34,012 nt of DNA from Octopus sinensis (taxonomy: Eukaryota). The stretch spans positions 1 through 34,012 of the forward strand of contig NW_021831943.1 of assembly GCF_006345805.1 (NCBI RefSeq), given 5' to 3'. Made by a program: the position numbers and the translations under genes. Of the stretch, positions 22,636-32,982 are shown in pieces (position 1 is the stretch's first letter; each line of letters starts with the position of its first letter). A model generated the notes under the pieces. The model did not search any database and was not told the origin of the DNA. It saw nothing but the letters and a program-made list of their open reading frames with translations.

Positions 22636-23149
22636 AATACACACAGGCAAGTGCACCTTCGTTTTGGGAACACCAATACTTTATTATCTTTTCTTTCATG
22701 CCATTTCAATCTACTGAACCTCAGTCTACAACAGATTATTGTTCTCAGTTACCATGTATATCGCTTCTTTAATGCACCATGCGCCTATGTGAGACGACCT
22801 CTTGAGGTTAATACTGTAGTATTCGGGTTCTAAGAAGATGTCTTAGTTTAGCTGGATATAAAGATTACCCTTTGGTACAAATACCGCTCCCATCGCTAAT
22901 AATAATTGTTTTTTCTAAACACTTTTGTGATGATACTTCAGGAAATTTTCATTATTTATACAGTAGACTCTTGAACACATAGTTTTTTTGCAAAAACTGA
23001 AAATAGCCAAAAACTAACGAGTTCTGCTATGATATTTAATATGGGTAAATGAAATACCTCAAGATTTCTAAGTAGCTCGCTAAATAAATTTGGTATACTG
23101 GTTTCAGGTGCTGTACTATATCTTTTTAGAACATTAAACAATTTAATAT
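20590..23149 (-). CDS. Candidate spliced coding fragment of unknown gene (exons 23058-23149, 22278-22347, 21084-21184, 20828-20855, 20590-20678)
   Basis: Each piece is AG...GT bounded, stop-free and phase-compatible (1-0, 0-1, 1-0, 0-1, 1-0): xIKLFNVLKRYSTAPETSIPNLFSELLRNLE-ERTTNAHHFTPNGILTFWQLDIG-DVIKADILQTTFNKDNKRIIKEIKQNVKFKTKQM-TPSETCHRL-GIVEKHICANLEEILLELNQNSIPREAFIT. No protein family recognised; could be chance. Confidence 0.25.
22563..22630. repeat. (AC)n microsatellite
   Basis: Near-pure AC run. Confidence 0.97.
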
Positions 23150-23363
23150 CTAATAAAATATGCAAATCAGTTAATTATCAATTGAAATTTCAAATATTTA
23201 AATTAGTCACAATATTTTTTTCATATCTATAATTGGGTCGCATTTCTTGAGAAATCTTTTATGCATTTTTCCCTACGTTTGAATATTTATATTGTTACTG
23301 CTATCAATAGTAATCATCTGTTTCTAAATTTAAAAATAAACAGTAATATATATTAGCAGTAAA

Positions 23364-24018
23364 GGCGGCGAGCTGGCAGTAACGTTAGCACGCCGAGCGA
23401 AATGCTTAGCAGTATTTCTGAGTTCTGAGTTCAAATTCCGCCGACGTCGACTTTGCCTTTCTTCATTTCGGGGTCGATAAATTAAGTACCAGTTACGCAC
23501 TGAGGTCGATGTAATCCATTTAATCTGTTTGTCTGTCCTTGTTTGTCCTCTCTGTGTTTAGCCCCTTGTGGGTAGTAAAGAAATAGGTATTTCGTCTGTC
23601 TTTATGTTCTGAGTTCAAATTCCGCCGAGGTCGCCTTAGCCTTTCATTCTTTCGCGGTCGATAAATTAAGTACCAGTTACGCACTGGGGTCGATGTAATC
23701 GACTTAATCCCTTTGTCTGTCCTTGTTTGTCCCTTCTGTGTTTAGCCCCTTGTCGGCAATAAAGTAATAAGAAACGTTAGCACGCCGAGAGAAATGCTTA
23801 GCAGTATTTCGTCTGTCTTTACGTTCTGAGTTCAAATTCCTCCGATGTCGACTTTGCCTTTCATCGTTTCGGGGTCGATTAAATAACTACCAGCTACGCA
23901 CTAGGGTCGATGTAATCGACTTAATCCCTTTGTCTGTCCTTGTTTGTCCCCTCTATGTTTAGCCACTTGTGGACAATAAAGAAATAAGAATCGTTACCAC
24001 GCCGAGCTGTATTTCGTT
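23364..24018 (+). mobile_element. SINE family B, tandem array (3 units plus a partial fourth head)
   Basis: Head GGCGGCGAGCTGGCAG at 23364; unit 2 restarts at GTATTTCGTCTG (23587), unit 3 at AAGAAACGTTAGCACGCC (~23769), stub at 23990-24018. Confidence 0.92.
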
Positions 24019-24306
24019 TACCATCTTAGTTATTACAGACAATAGTGAGTCTTTTTAACATGAGTCAAGGTGTATAAGTTTCCCCTATAACTCTACATTA
24101 CAAATTTACATATCGTTTTTACATTAATATTTTTGTTATAAGAAAAAGAAGGCAGGGTTCAATGAATAGTTTACCTTCTATTTCTCGCTTCCTCACAACC
24201 ACAATCCTTTACCTGTCATTCATGTAATTGTTGCTGCGTTGTAAAACTACATAGCGAAATCCTACCTACCCTGTTACAAGATTTGCTCACCCCTAAAAGT
24301 CTGTAA

Positions 24307-24510
24307 ATTGGCAGAATCGTTACTGCACCACAAAAATTCCCAGCGGTATATTTTCAACTTTACTTCCTGAGTTCAAATTCCGCCGGGCTCGACTTTGCCT
24401 TTAATCTTTATGGGGGTCGATAAAATAAGTACCAGCTAAGCACTGGGATCGATGTAATCGATTTACCAGCTCTCCACAATTTTCTTGTTTTGCGCCAAAA
24501 TTTTAAACTA
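24307..24510 (+). mobile_element. Diverged family B-related SINE with a different tail
   Basis: TGGCAGAATCGTTA...GAGTTCAAATTCCGCC...GACTTTGCCTTT...GGGGTCGATAAAATAAGTACCAG...GATGTAATCGA, then an unrelated 3' end. Confidence 0.75.
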
Positions 24511-24664
24511 ATTTTCTCACCCCACCCACTTACAACTAAATAACTGAAAGACCATCTCTCATGGTTAATCTGGCTTTATTTTCGTCTCTCCTCATCTTTC
24601 TTTAAGATTTTTCATCTGTCACTGAATTTATTTAAGTCTTGCTTTCCAATGTTGATTATCATGT

Positions 24665-25068
24665 CTTCGTCCTCTTCTTCTTGTTCACCTTCTTCCTCTG
24701 TTTCTTCTTGATCTCTTTCTTCTTCTTGATCTCTTTCTTCTTCTTCTTCTTCTTCTTCTTCTTCTTCTTCTTCTTCTTCTTCTTTTTCTTCTTCTTTATC
24801 TCTTTCTTCTTCTTCATCTTTTTCGTCTTATTATTTTTTCTTTCTTCTTCTTCTCCTCTTTCTTCTTCTTCTACTTCTTCTCTTTCTTCTTCTTCTTCGC
24901 CTCTTTCTTCTTCTTCTATTTCTTCTTCTCTTTCTTCTTCTTCATCACTTTCTTCTTTATCTCATTCTTCTCCATCTTCTCCTCCTCCTCCTCATTATTA
25001 TTATTATTATAATTATAGTTATAATTATAATTATAATAATAATAATAATAATTATTATTATTATTATT

Positions 25069-25104
<36 letters not shown>

Positions 25105-25113
25105 TTTATTATT

Positions 25114-25201
<88 letters not shown>

Positions 25202-25205
25202 CTTC
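24665..25205. repeat. Compound trinucleotide array (TTC)n-(ATT/AAT)n-(CAT)n-(ATT)n
   Basis: Direct reading of successive repeat blocks. Confidence 0.95.
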
Positions 25206-25741
25206 ATCATCGTCATTGTCTTTGTTGTTTCCACCCATGTCAGCCATCAGTGAAACAGATCTCTGATCAAAGGCCAGTTCGACAATCTCCCATAAGCAAA
25301 GTAGAATCCAACGTCTCACGCTATTAGTCATCGCCAGAGAGTGAAAGCAAGATAAAAAGCGATGCTATCACTGTGGTCATAACTTAACAAATGAACACTA
25401 ACTAAATGCATTATTCTACACTCCTTACAGCGATTAAAGTTATCTATCTCTTTCACTAAAGTTATCTATCGCTTTCCTAAAGATTGATTATTACCGACAC
25501 AGATCATTATCTGTGTCTACGAATTTATGAGCCGTTCCAGATATATCTATCCCGTCTATGTTCCATGGAAAGTCTGCTCCGGATAACTTTATCCGATGTA
25601 TCCATTTTTAGACTGAGCAGTGGAGTTCGGAATTGATCTGTTATTTTTAGTAGAGCAAATGACAGCATATGCACATTTAAATGTATATATATGTGCATAC
25701 ATATGTGTGTATATTTAGGCGAGATAGATAGATTGATTGAT

Positions 25742-25843
<102 letters not shown>

Positions 25844-25844
25844 C

Positions 25845-26302
25845 GTTCTTTATTGGCCACACAGGGCTTGACACAGAGGGGACAATTACAAATGTAGAGC
25901 TTTTCTTTTCGGAGATGGAAAAGGAAGAAGAAGAAATGAAAAGTAAACAAATATAAAATTTCGATCAAAAGGGATCGAAGAAAAAAAGCGATCAAAAGGG
26001 ATCGTGTATCACAGAAACAAAAAATTTTTTTTTTAAAGTAACAAACAAGATTAGATTCATTCGTGGAAAGAAAAGCCCACAGAAAAGACCACGGTAACCT
26101 CAAGCAGGGAGGAAAATAAACACAGGAGAGCAAAGTGCTCTCTCTCTCTCTTTTACGATTTACAGGATCATGCTCAAAGTGGTTTCGTCACTCGCACGCA
26201 CCATCTTTGCTACATTCACCCACCTTTCACACATTCCACCACACACATTCTTTCACCATAGCCACCAGTACGATGAAGACTGCCTTGCCTTCCCGGTTGA
26301 GG

Positions 26303-26304
<2 letters not shown>
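25845..26304 (-). mobile_element. Tx1/L1-clade LINE 3' end (ORF2 C-terminus with internal deletion plus 3' UTR) inside (GATA)n
   Basis: Minus strand gives SLNREGKAVFIVLVAMVKECVWW, then after a GAATGTGTG-joined break ERWVNVAKMVRASDETTLSMIL* (stop 26160-26162), resembling the xKxxxW...W C-terminus of L1/Tx1 ORF2 (from memory); T-rich UTR ends TTGTCCCCTCTGTGTCAAGCCCTGTGTGGCCAATAAAGAA. Confidence 0.6.
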
Positions 26305-26391
<87 letters not shown>

Positions 26392-26392
26392 C

Positions 26393-26578
26393 GGGAAAAT
26401 TTACGAAAATAAACAAAAGACGAAGGCAGGTGGAGTACAAACAAACAAATGTATTAGTATAGCGCTCAGGAATAGAAATGGAAAAAGTCTTTTATGTTTC
26501 GAGCCTACGCTCTTCGACAGAAAGATACACATAAAAAAAACAAGGAGAGAAACAAGGAGAGAGAAAAAGGAGAGAAAA

Positions 26579-26579
<1 letters not shown>
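26393..26579 (-). mobile_element. Family P repeat, copy 3
   Basis: ATCTTT-CTGTCGA-A-GAGC-GTAG-GCTC-GAAACATA-AAAGAC (26487-26526); GATA runs on both sides. Confidence 0.7.
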
Positions 26580-26663
<84 letters not shown>

Positions 26664-26666
26664 CAA

Positions 26667-26707
<41 letters not shown>

Positions 26708-26714
26708 GACATAT

Positions 26715-26876
26715 GTTGTTTGTTCCTTCTCGAGCCACGCCTGGCTCATTGGGGCCGGTTTCCCTGTTTCCTTGGCGTATAGGTTCCCCACCTAGACGGG
26801 ACGCCGGTCCGTCGCAGGTGAGCTGCGAGATGCAGGAGGAAAAAGTGACAGAAAGTTGTGGCGAAAGAGTCAGCAG
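26715..26876 (-). mobile_element. SINE 3' part (family E: C-type body segment plus Meta-like domain)
   Basis: Reverse complement CTGCTGACTCTTTCGCCACAACTTTCTGTCAC (matches 15872-15915) joined to CCTGCGACGGACCGGCGTCCCGTCTAGG...TACGCCAAGG...AAACCGGCCC...CTCGAGAAGG (matches 14661-14750). Confidence 0.8.
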
Positions 26877-27044
26877 ACAGTATTTTTACAAACACATAAT
26901 TTCCTTATGCTTTCTTGAGCATTCTCTAGAACAACATTATGTACGAAAGCAAACATATGGTACCCTGGGCATAACACCAACATGGACTTAGGGACGTTAT
27001 TGTGGTGAATACAAAAAGGAACATGCATGATAGTCGACATAATA

Positions 27045-27450
27045 GGCGCAGGAGTGGCTGAGTGGTAAGTAGCTTGCTTACCAACCACATAGTCCCGGGT
27101 TCAGTCCCACTGCGTGGCATCTTGGGCAAGTGTTTTCTACTATAGCCTCGGGTCGACCAAAGCCTTGTGAGTGGATTTGGTAGACGGAAACTGAAAGAAG
27201 CCTGTCGTATATATGTATGTATATATGTATATATGTGTGCGTGTATGTTTATGTGTCTGTGTTTGTCCCCCTAGCATTGCTTGACAACCGATGCTGGTGT
27301 GTTTATGTCTCCGTCACTTAGCGGTTCGGCAAAAGAGACCGATAGAATAAGTACAGGGCTTACAAAAGAATAAGTCCCGGGGTCGAGTTGCTCGATTAAA
27401 GGCGGTGCTCCAGCATGGCCGCAGTCAAATGACTGAAACAAGTAAAAAAG
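27045..27450 (+). mobile_element. Family A SINE, full length
   Basis: GGCGCAGGAGTGGCTGAGTGG ... GGTTCAGTCCC ... CTTGGGCAAGTG ... GGCGGTGCTCCAGCATGGCCGCAGTCAAATGACTGAAACAAGTAAAAAAG. Confidence 0.93.
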
Positions 27451-27552
27451 GGAGAAAGAGAGATACCCTGTCCCGGTGATAACAAGATCAAAGAAAAAGA
27501 AGAGGAAAACTGTACAACTACATTAATATAACTAAGTCTATCATTGGGCTTC

Positions 27553-27793
27553 CTATCTATCTATCCGCTCAGTCGAAGTCAACTCTCGGTTACCCCATGG
27601 ATCAGTGTCCTCCAGACCCATCTATCGTGGGCCACTTCTTTCAGACTGGCTATGTCCATTCCGGTATCACTCTTGATGGTGTCAAGCCAGCGGGTTCTTG
27701 GTCGGCCTCTCCTCTCTTGCCACTGACCATTCCGAGCATGATATCCTTCTCCAGGGATTTTCTCCTCATAATATGACCAAAATATGCCAATCT
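27553..27793 (-). mobile_element. BovB-like RTE LINE 3' end
   Basis: RLAYFGHIMRRKSLEKDIMLGMVSGKR/RGRPRTRWLDTIKSDTGMDIASLKEVAHDRWVWRTLIHGVTES*LRLSG* follows the BovB/RTE C-terminal pattern (YFGHxMRR..SLEK..MLG...GKRxRGR.R.RWLD); one frameshift, one stop, short TAGA tail. Confidence 0.92.
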
Positions 27794-28823
27794 ATAAGTA
27801 CCAATTAAGCACTGGAACTGATGTAAACGACTTGCTTCCTCCCTCGACTAAGTGTCAAAATTTGAAAAATTTGAAACCAATATTTTGAATCAATACATCG
27901 AACACGAATCAGGTTCCATAAACTAGTTGGTTTAATGTTATTTAAATGAATCAAATGCTGCTTGGAAGAGGATGTTAGAACGTTTGAAAAAAATACCTGG
28001 CGTATTTAGCTACGGCCTTTTACGTTCCGAGTTCAGATTTGCTTTTCATACTTCCCGGTTTCGATAAATGAAGCTGCTATTTAAATACTTAGGTGATTTC
28101 ATATTTATAAAGAATCTCACAGAAATGGAAATATAATCGGAAGCCAAAACTAATTTCGTGATGAAGTAGCTGCTGAAATTGTAAGGTTTAAAATAATTTT
28201 TTTTTGGTTTAAGTAGAATGCTAAGAAACAAGTAATAGATACCATTACTTGTACCTATTAATTGCAATAAGTAGACATGACTACTCACTTATATGGTATC
28301 TACTTATTGCTGTTGATATCACTTTCGAACTTATAAATTAATATCTTATGTTATATACGATTCTGTAACAGTTTTTAAAACACTCGAGACGTATCAGCGA
28401 TAGTTTCATATCTGTGTATGTTTATCGTCTAATTTCTCTATGACTGCAGAGTTCAATATCTCTTAAGTAAAAAGGAGGCAATTTAAATCATGTACAATGT
28501 TCTACTGGATATAATAACATATGAGTTGAATTATATTGATAAGGTAGGTTATATCTTTTACAGTAATGTTTGTCTCTAGAAATGTTTAATTCGTGTTTCT
28601 GAAGACTAGTATGGTGACTCTTGAAATCATAATGTGTGTGGGTGCGTGTGTGAGTGTGTGTCTGCATACATATAAATATGTTTGTGTATATACATAACGA
28701 TATACATGTGTATATACATAACGATATATATATATATCAGGAACGTAGAAAATGTAATTGGTATTAATGCTTTATTCAATAACAACGACATGAACTGCGT
28801 GTATATTATATAATATATCGTAA

Positions 28824-29236
28824 GGCGGCGTGTTGGCAGAAACGTTAGCAAGCCGGGCGAAATGCTTAGCGGTATTTCGTCTGCCGTTACGTTCTGAGTT
28901 CAAATTCCGCTGATGTCGACTTTGCCTTCCATCCTTTCAGGGTCGATAAATTAAGTACCAGTTAAACACTGAGTTCGATATAATCGACTTAATCCCTTTG
29001 TCTGTCCTTGTTTGTCCTCTCTGTGTTTAGCTCCTTGTGGGTAGTAAAGAAATAGGTATTTCGTCTGCCGTTACGTTCTGAGTTCAAATTCCGCCGAGGT
29101 CGACTTTGCCTTTCATCCTTTCGAGGTCGATAAATTAAGTACCAGTTGCGCACTGGGGTCGATGTAATCGACTTGATCCGTTTGTCTGTCCTTGTTTGTC
29201 CCCTCTGTGTTTAGCCCCTTGTAGGCCACAAAGAAA
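28824..29236 (+). mobile_element. SINE family B, tandem dimer
   Basis: Head GGCGGCGTGTTGGCAGAAACGTTAGC at 28824; the second unit restarts at GTATTTCGTCTG (29056). Confidence 0.92.
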
Positions 29237-29515
29237 TTTATATAAAATATCATATAAAGCATTATTACCGATAACATATAAAGCATTATTACCGATAATG
29301 TTTCCCAACTAGTACACTGAGGAAATTCCACATTTATTCTGAAAATTGTTAAGACGTTTTATGTTGGCTGTTACTGGCCATATTTCATGAGTTCTAAATG
29401 AGCAGACGTTAGTTAATTCACTAAAGCGCATGCGTTAATTGATGTGTGATATAAAAATTAAAAACAAAACATAAGAAAAATTAACGCCTTTTGCTGCTTC
29501 TTTCAGCAAACACAT

Positions 29516-29546
<31 letters not shown>

Positions 29547-29880
29547 TTCTCCCCTTCTTTCTTTCAACAATACCACATCTCATATATCACCTCGCCTCTC
29601 TCTTTCTCTCCACTTCTTCCTTCAACCGCATACTATAATAGCAATCCTTTCCTCTTAGTCCTTACCGCTTACCAACTCCCGCGCTCTTTCTATCTCTTTT
29701 TTGTCTTGCTCTCTCTTCTTTCTCTTCTCGTCTGCCTTCAACTAACCACGACATCACACAATTTCTCTTAGCGCATTGATATAGAAATGCATACATGCAT
29801 ACATATTATATATATTATATATATATATATCTGTGTGTGTTTGTATGTATGTATATATATAATATTATATATATATATAT

Positions 29881-29932
<52 letters not shown>

Positions 29933-29936
29933 TATA

Positions 29937-30123
29937 GGGAGAGTTTACGGAAAAACAATAGACGAAGACAGATGGTGTACAAAACAAACAGATGTATTAG
30001 TATAACACTCAGGAATAGAAATGGTCTTTTACGTTTCGAGCCTACGCTCTTCTACAGAAACGGACACAGAAAAAACAAGGAGAGAAACAAGGAGAGAAAA
30101 AAGAAGAGAGAGAAAGGAGAGAA
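29937..30123 (-). mobile_element. Family P repeat, copy 4
   Basis: Homologous to copies 1-3; flanked by TA-rich runs. Confidence 0.7.
30024..30065 (-). ncRNA. Hammerhead-like fold with non-canonical core (best-preserved family P copy)
   Basis: GUC-CG-UUU | CUGUAGA | A | GAGC-GUAG-GCUC | GAAA | CGU-A | AAA-GAC: stem I, perfect 4-bp stem II, palindromic ACGU, GUA triplet; A6 replaced by U. Confidence 0.45.
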
Positions 30124-30224
30124 TATATATATATATACATTTAGGAGCTTAGTCGGATAAGTCGGCCCCAGTAATTATGTTTCCCTATTCTGATACTTAT
30201 TCGGCTAAGCTCATATTTAGAATC

Positions 30225-30528
30225 TGTAAGTTACGTGGACGTAGACAACCAGCATCCGTTGTTAAGTAGTGGGATCAAGCACAAAGACAAAGCCAAATAC
30301 ACACACACACATAGACACATACACAGACGTGCGGGCACACACACGCACACACATATTCGATGGGCTTCCACATTGTTTCCACCTATCAAATTCACTCACA
30401 AGGCGTTGGTCGGTCCGAAGCAATAGTAAAAAAAAAAAGACTTGCCTAAGGATCTGTAGAATGGGACTGAACCCGAAACTGCGTTGTTGCAAAGCAAGCT
30501 TTTTAACCACACAACCAAACCTGCGCCT
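30225..30528 (-). mobile_element. Diverged family A SINE
   Basis: AAGTTACGTGGACGTAGAC-ACCAGCATCCGTTG ... CACTCACAAGGCGTTGGTCGG ... GGGACTGAACCCGAAAC ... CCACACAACC..ACCTGCGCCT. Confidence 0.8.
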
Positions 30529-31017
30529 AAGATTAAGTTCCAACGTGTTTCGAACTCAAGATTGCCAACACATCAAGCAAATCCAATAATCACTACACTA
30601 TGCAACATCACATGAACGTTTTTCACTTCTCTATTTTTTTTCTTTCCTTAATAATTTATCGGATATTTCGTGATTGGAATTCCATTGCAATCGCCTCTCA
30701 CATAACGACATTATCACTGGAGATAACTCTCTCATTTCTATGCAGATTTGATTTCGTCTTGTCCGGTCTCTTGGAAGACATATCGGTACTGCGAAATGAG
30801 GGAGTTCAATTTCCTATAAGTGACAAGGAAATATCCTATAAGTGACGCGGTGGGTTGAAATAGTACTTTTAATGGGGCACCACTTTTGTTTTTCTGTGGG
30901 ATCTCGGGGCGGCACACACCCTAGCCACGCTAGGGAAGTGAATCCTAGTGTTTCATTCATAAATAATCTTAAAACGGCACTATCCAGTTTTTCTTCCATT
31001 ATGAAAGATAAATAGCG

Positions 31018-31444
31018 GGATCTTTTCGGTTTGACCGGCAGTTTTTTAAAATAATTTCCACGTAACTAAACTCTTTTAAACTTCGTATACTGGTAGAATG
31101 TGTTTATAAAACATCTTTTTCTCTTGGCTTTATTGAGAAAATTCTATAGCTTGTTAGATATTTGTTGTTGTTTTTCTTCAATTTCTGCAATTTCAACCAA
31201 TCAATGAAGTCTATTTTAGGTGAAAACATTCTGTGCCGTATGAATATGTCCCTCGTTTAAGAAACAGATTGGGTTTATTTATATTTGTGAAGAAAAAAAG
31301 ATACCCTTCCCCCACCCCTACCCCTAACTAACCCTAACCATAAAACAGATTGAAATGCAATAGATCGATACTAGGGTCATAATTATGGGTGACAATTTCA
31401 TATGACACCGCCAGAAAAAACTGCCGTTCAAACCGAAAAGATCC
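31018..31444. mobile_element. MITE-like TIR element, copy 2 (inverted relative to copy 1)
   Basis: TIRs GGATCTTTTCGGTTTGACCGGCAGTTTTT / AAAAACTGCCGTTCAAACCGAAAAGATCC; interior collinear with the reverse complement of 13832-14287 but with a much shorter CCCTAA tract (~31315-31340). Confidence 0.9.
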
Positions 31445-32574
31445 TTCTCCCTTAACGAGGGAAATCGGTGCAAGAAACAAAGCGTAATACAGTACTTACT
31501 TTCATTCCACTACGTCTTACGTTCAAATCCTACTGCAGTTGAATCCTGTTTCGTCCTTCCTACTGATTACTATTCATGTATAGTCGTAGATTCAAATGGT
31601 TATAATCTCTTTACTCATCGAACAGAAACTTAAAAACTAATTACTATATGTCAGTTAAATTTATCGACATTTTAGTTTCATTCTCATTTTTGTGAGTGAG
31701 TGAGTTTGTGTGTGTTTTCCTTCTATGACTTATTATGTTTCGTTATTGATAATTTAAATTACTATTTTTAATTAAAAAATATACTTTCTTATTACAAAGG
31801 TCACTATTCAGCAAAAAAAAAATAATAATGCTTACTAACGATTTTTTTTCTTTTATTTAATTTTCAAGAAAATTAAATTTAATCTTGTCGAAATCTGAAA
31901 GATTTATGTAGTGTGACATCGTTGTGCACGCAAGAAAATTATTGGTGCATGCAAACTAAGTTTGGGTGACTGATCAGTAAATATACCAGAAACTATAGTT
32001 AATTATAGCAGCTAATCATGTCAACTTTATATTCGTTCTATAAAATAAAACTAATTTTTAGCTTTCTAAAATGCTCACAATTTCCTTTAGCATCATAGAA
32101 CTAAAAGCTTTCAATTCTTAATTAAAGTCCACACAACTTTTGTAACGTTAAAGAACAAGACACAGTTCTTTTAAGTTATAAATATTCTGGGAATTTCAAA
32201 GTCAACTAGAGGTAATATACATAGTATAGAACGTTTTCTTATAGTGTCGCAATGCTTGTATGAGATTAAATTTGGATTTATTTCTTGTTCATGTTTAACT
32301 CGTGTTTAAAATATCTCATTGTATACGACGAAAATAATATGGTCCATTCACGGGGGAAAAAAAAGGAGGTGAAAGCTTTGCCTTCTCCTATTCTCCTGCG
32401 CCCATTATTATCCTTGTGTGTATCAAGATACGATTTTACTTCATTGTCGTCTCCTTTCATGTATATGTGTGTGTGTGTGTGTGTGTGTCTGTGTTGTGTG
32501 TGTTTGTGTTGGTTTGTCTTTGTGTGTGCATATATATATATATTCATATACATATACATATATATATATATAGA

Positions 32575-32665
32575 GAGAGAGAGAGAAAGAGAGAGAGAAG
32601 GGGATATAGATAGACAGACAGGACAGACAGACAGATAGATAGATAGATAGATAGATAGAATAGAT

Positions 32666-32764
<99 letters not shown>

Positions 32765-32821
32765 GTAGGTTGGTTTATGATGATAGATAGATAGATAGAT
32801 AGATAGATGATAGATAGATAT

Positions 32822-32857
<36 letters not shown>

Positions 32858-32895
32858 AGATAGATAGGTATGTAGATAGATAGATATATAGATAT

Positions 32896-32981
<86 letters not shown>

Positions 32982-32982
32982 T
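32575..32982. repeat. Compound (GA)/(GACA)/(GATA)n microsatellite
   Basis: About 400 bp, mostly GATA with single-base slips. Confidence 0.97.

Noticed and set aside
22690-22920. BRCT- or ankyrin-like impression (KQLLLAMGAVFVPK...GAWCI)
   Set aside because: On careful re-reading the frame has about 5 stops per 100 codons, the chance rate.
29426-29434. GCGCATGCG, NRF1-like motif
   Set aside because: Single short site with no CpG-rich promoter context.
30746-30845. FDFVLSGLLEDISVLRNEGV, faintly like a CACTA/EnSpm transposase helix, behind a strong acceptor
   Set aside because: No flanking catalytic motifs or CACTA ends; no clear donor.
32091-32211. Plus-strand AG/GT-bounded unit with a single in-frame TAA; idea of stop recoding by A-to-I editing
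   Set aside because: All frames are closed; a best-of-three frame with one stop is expected by chance, so there is no support for recoding.
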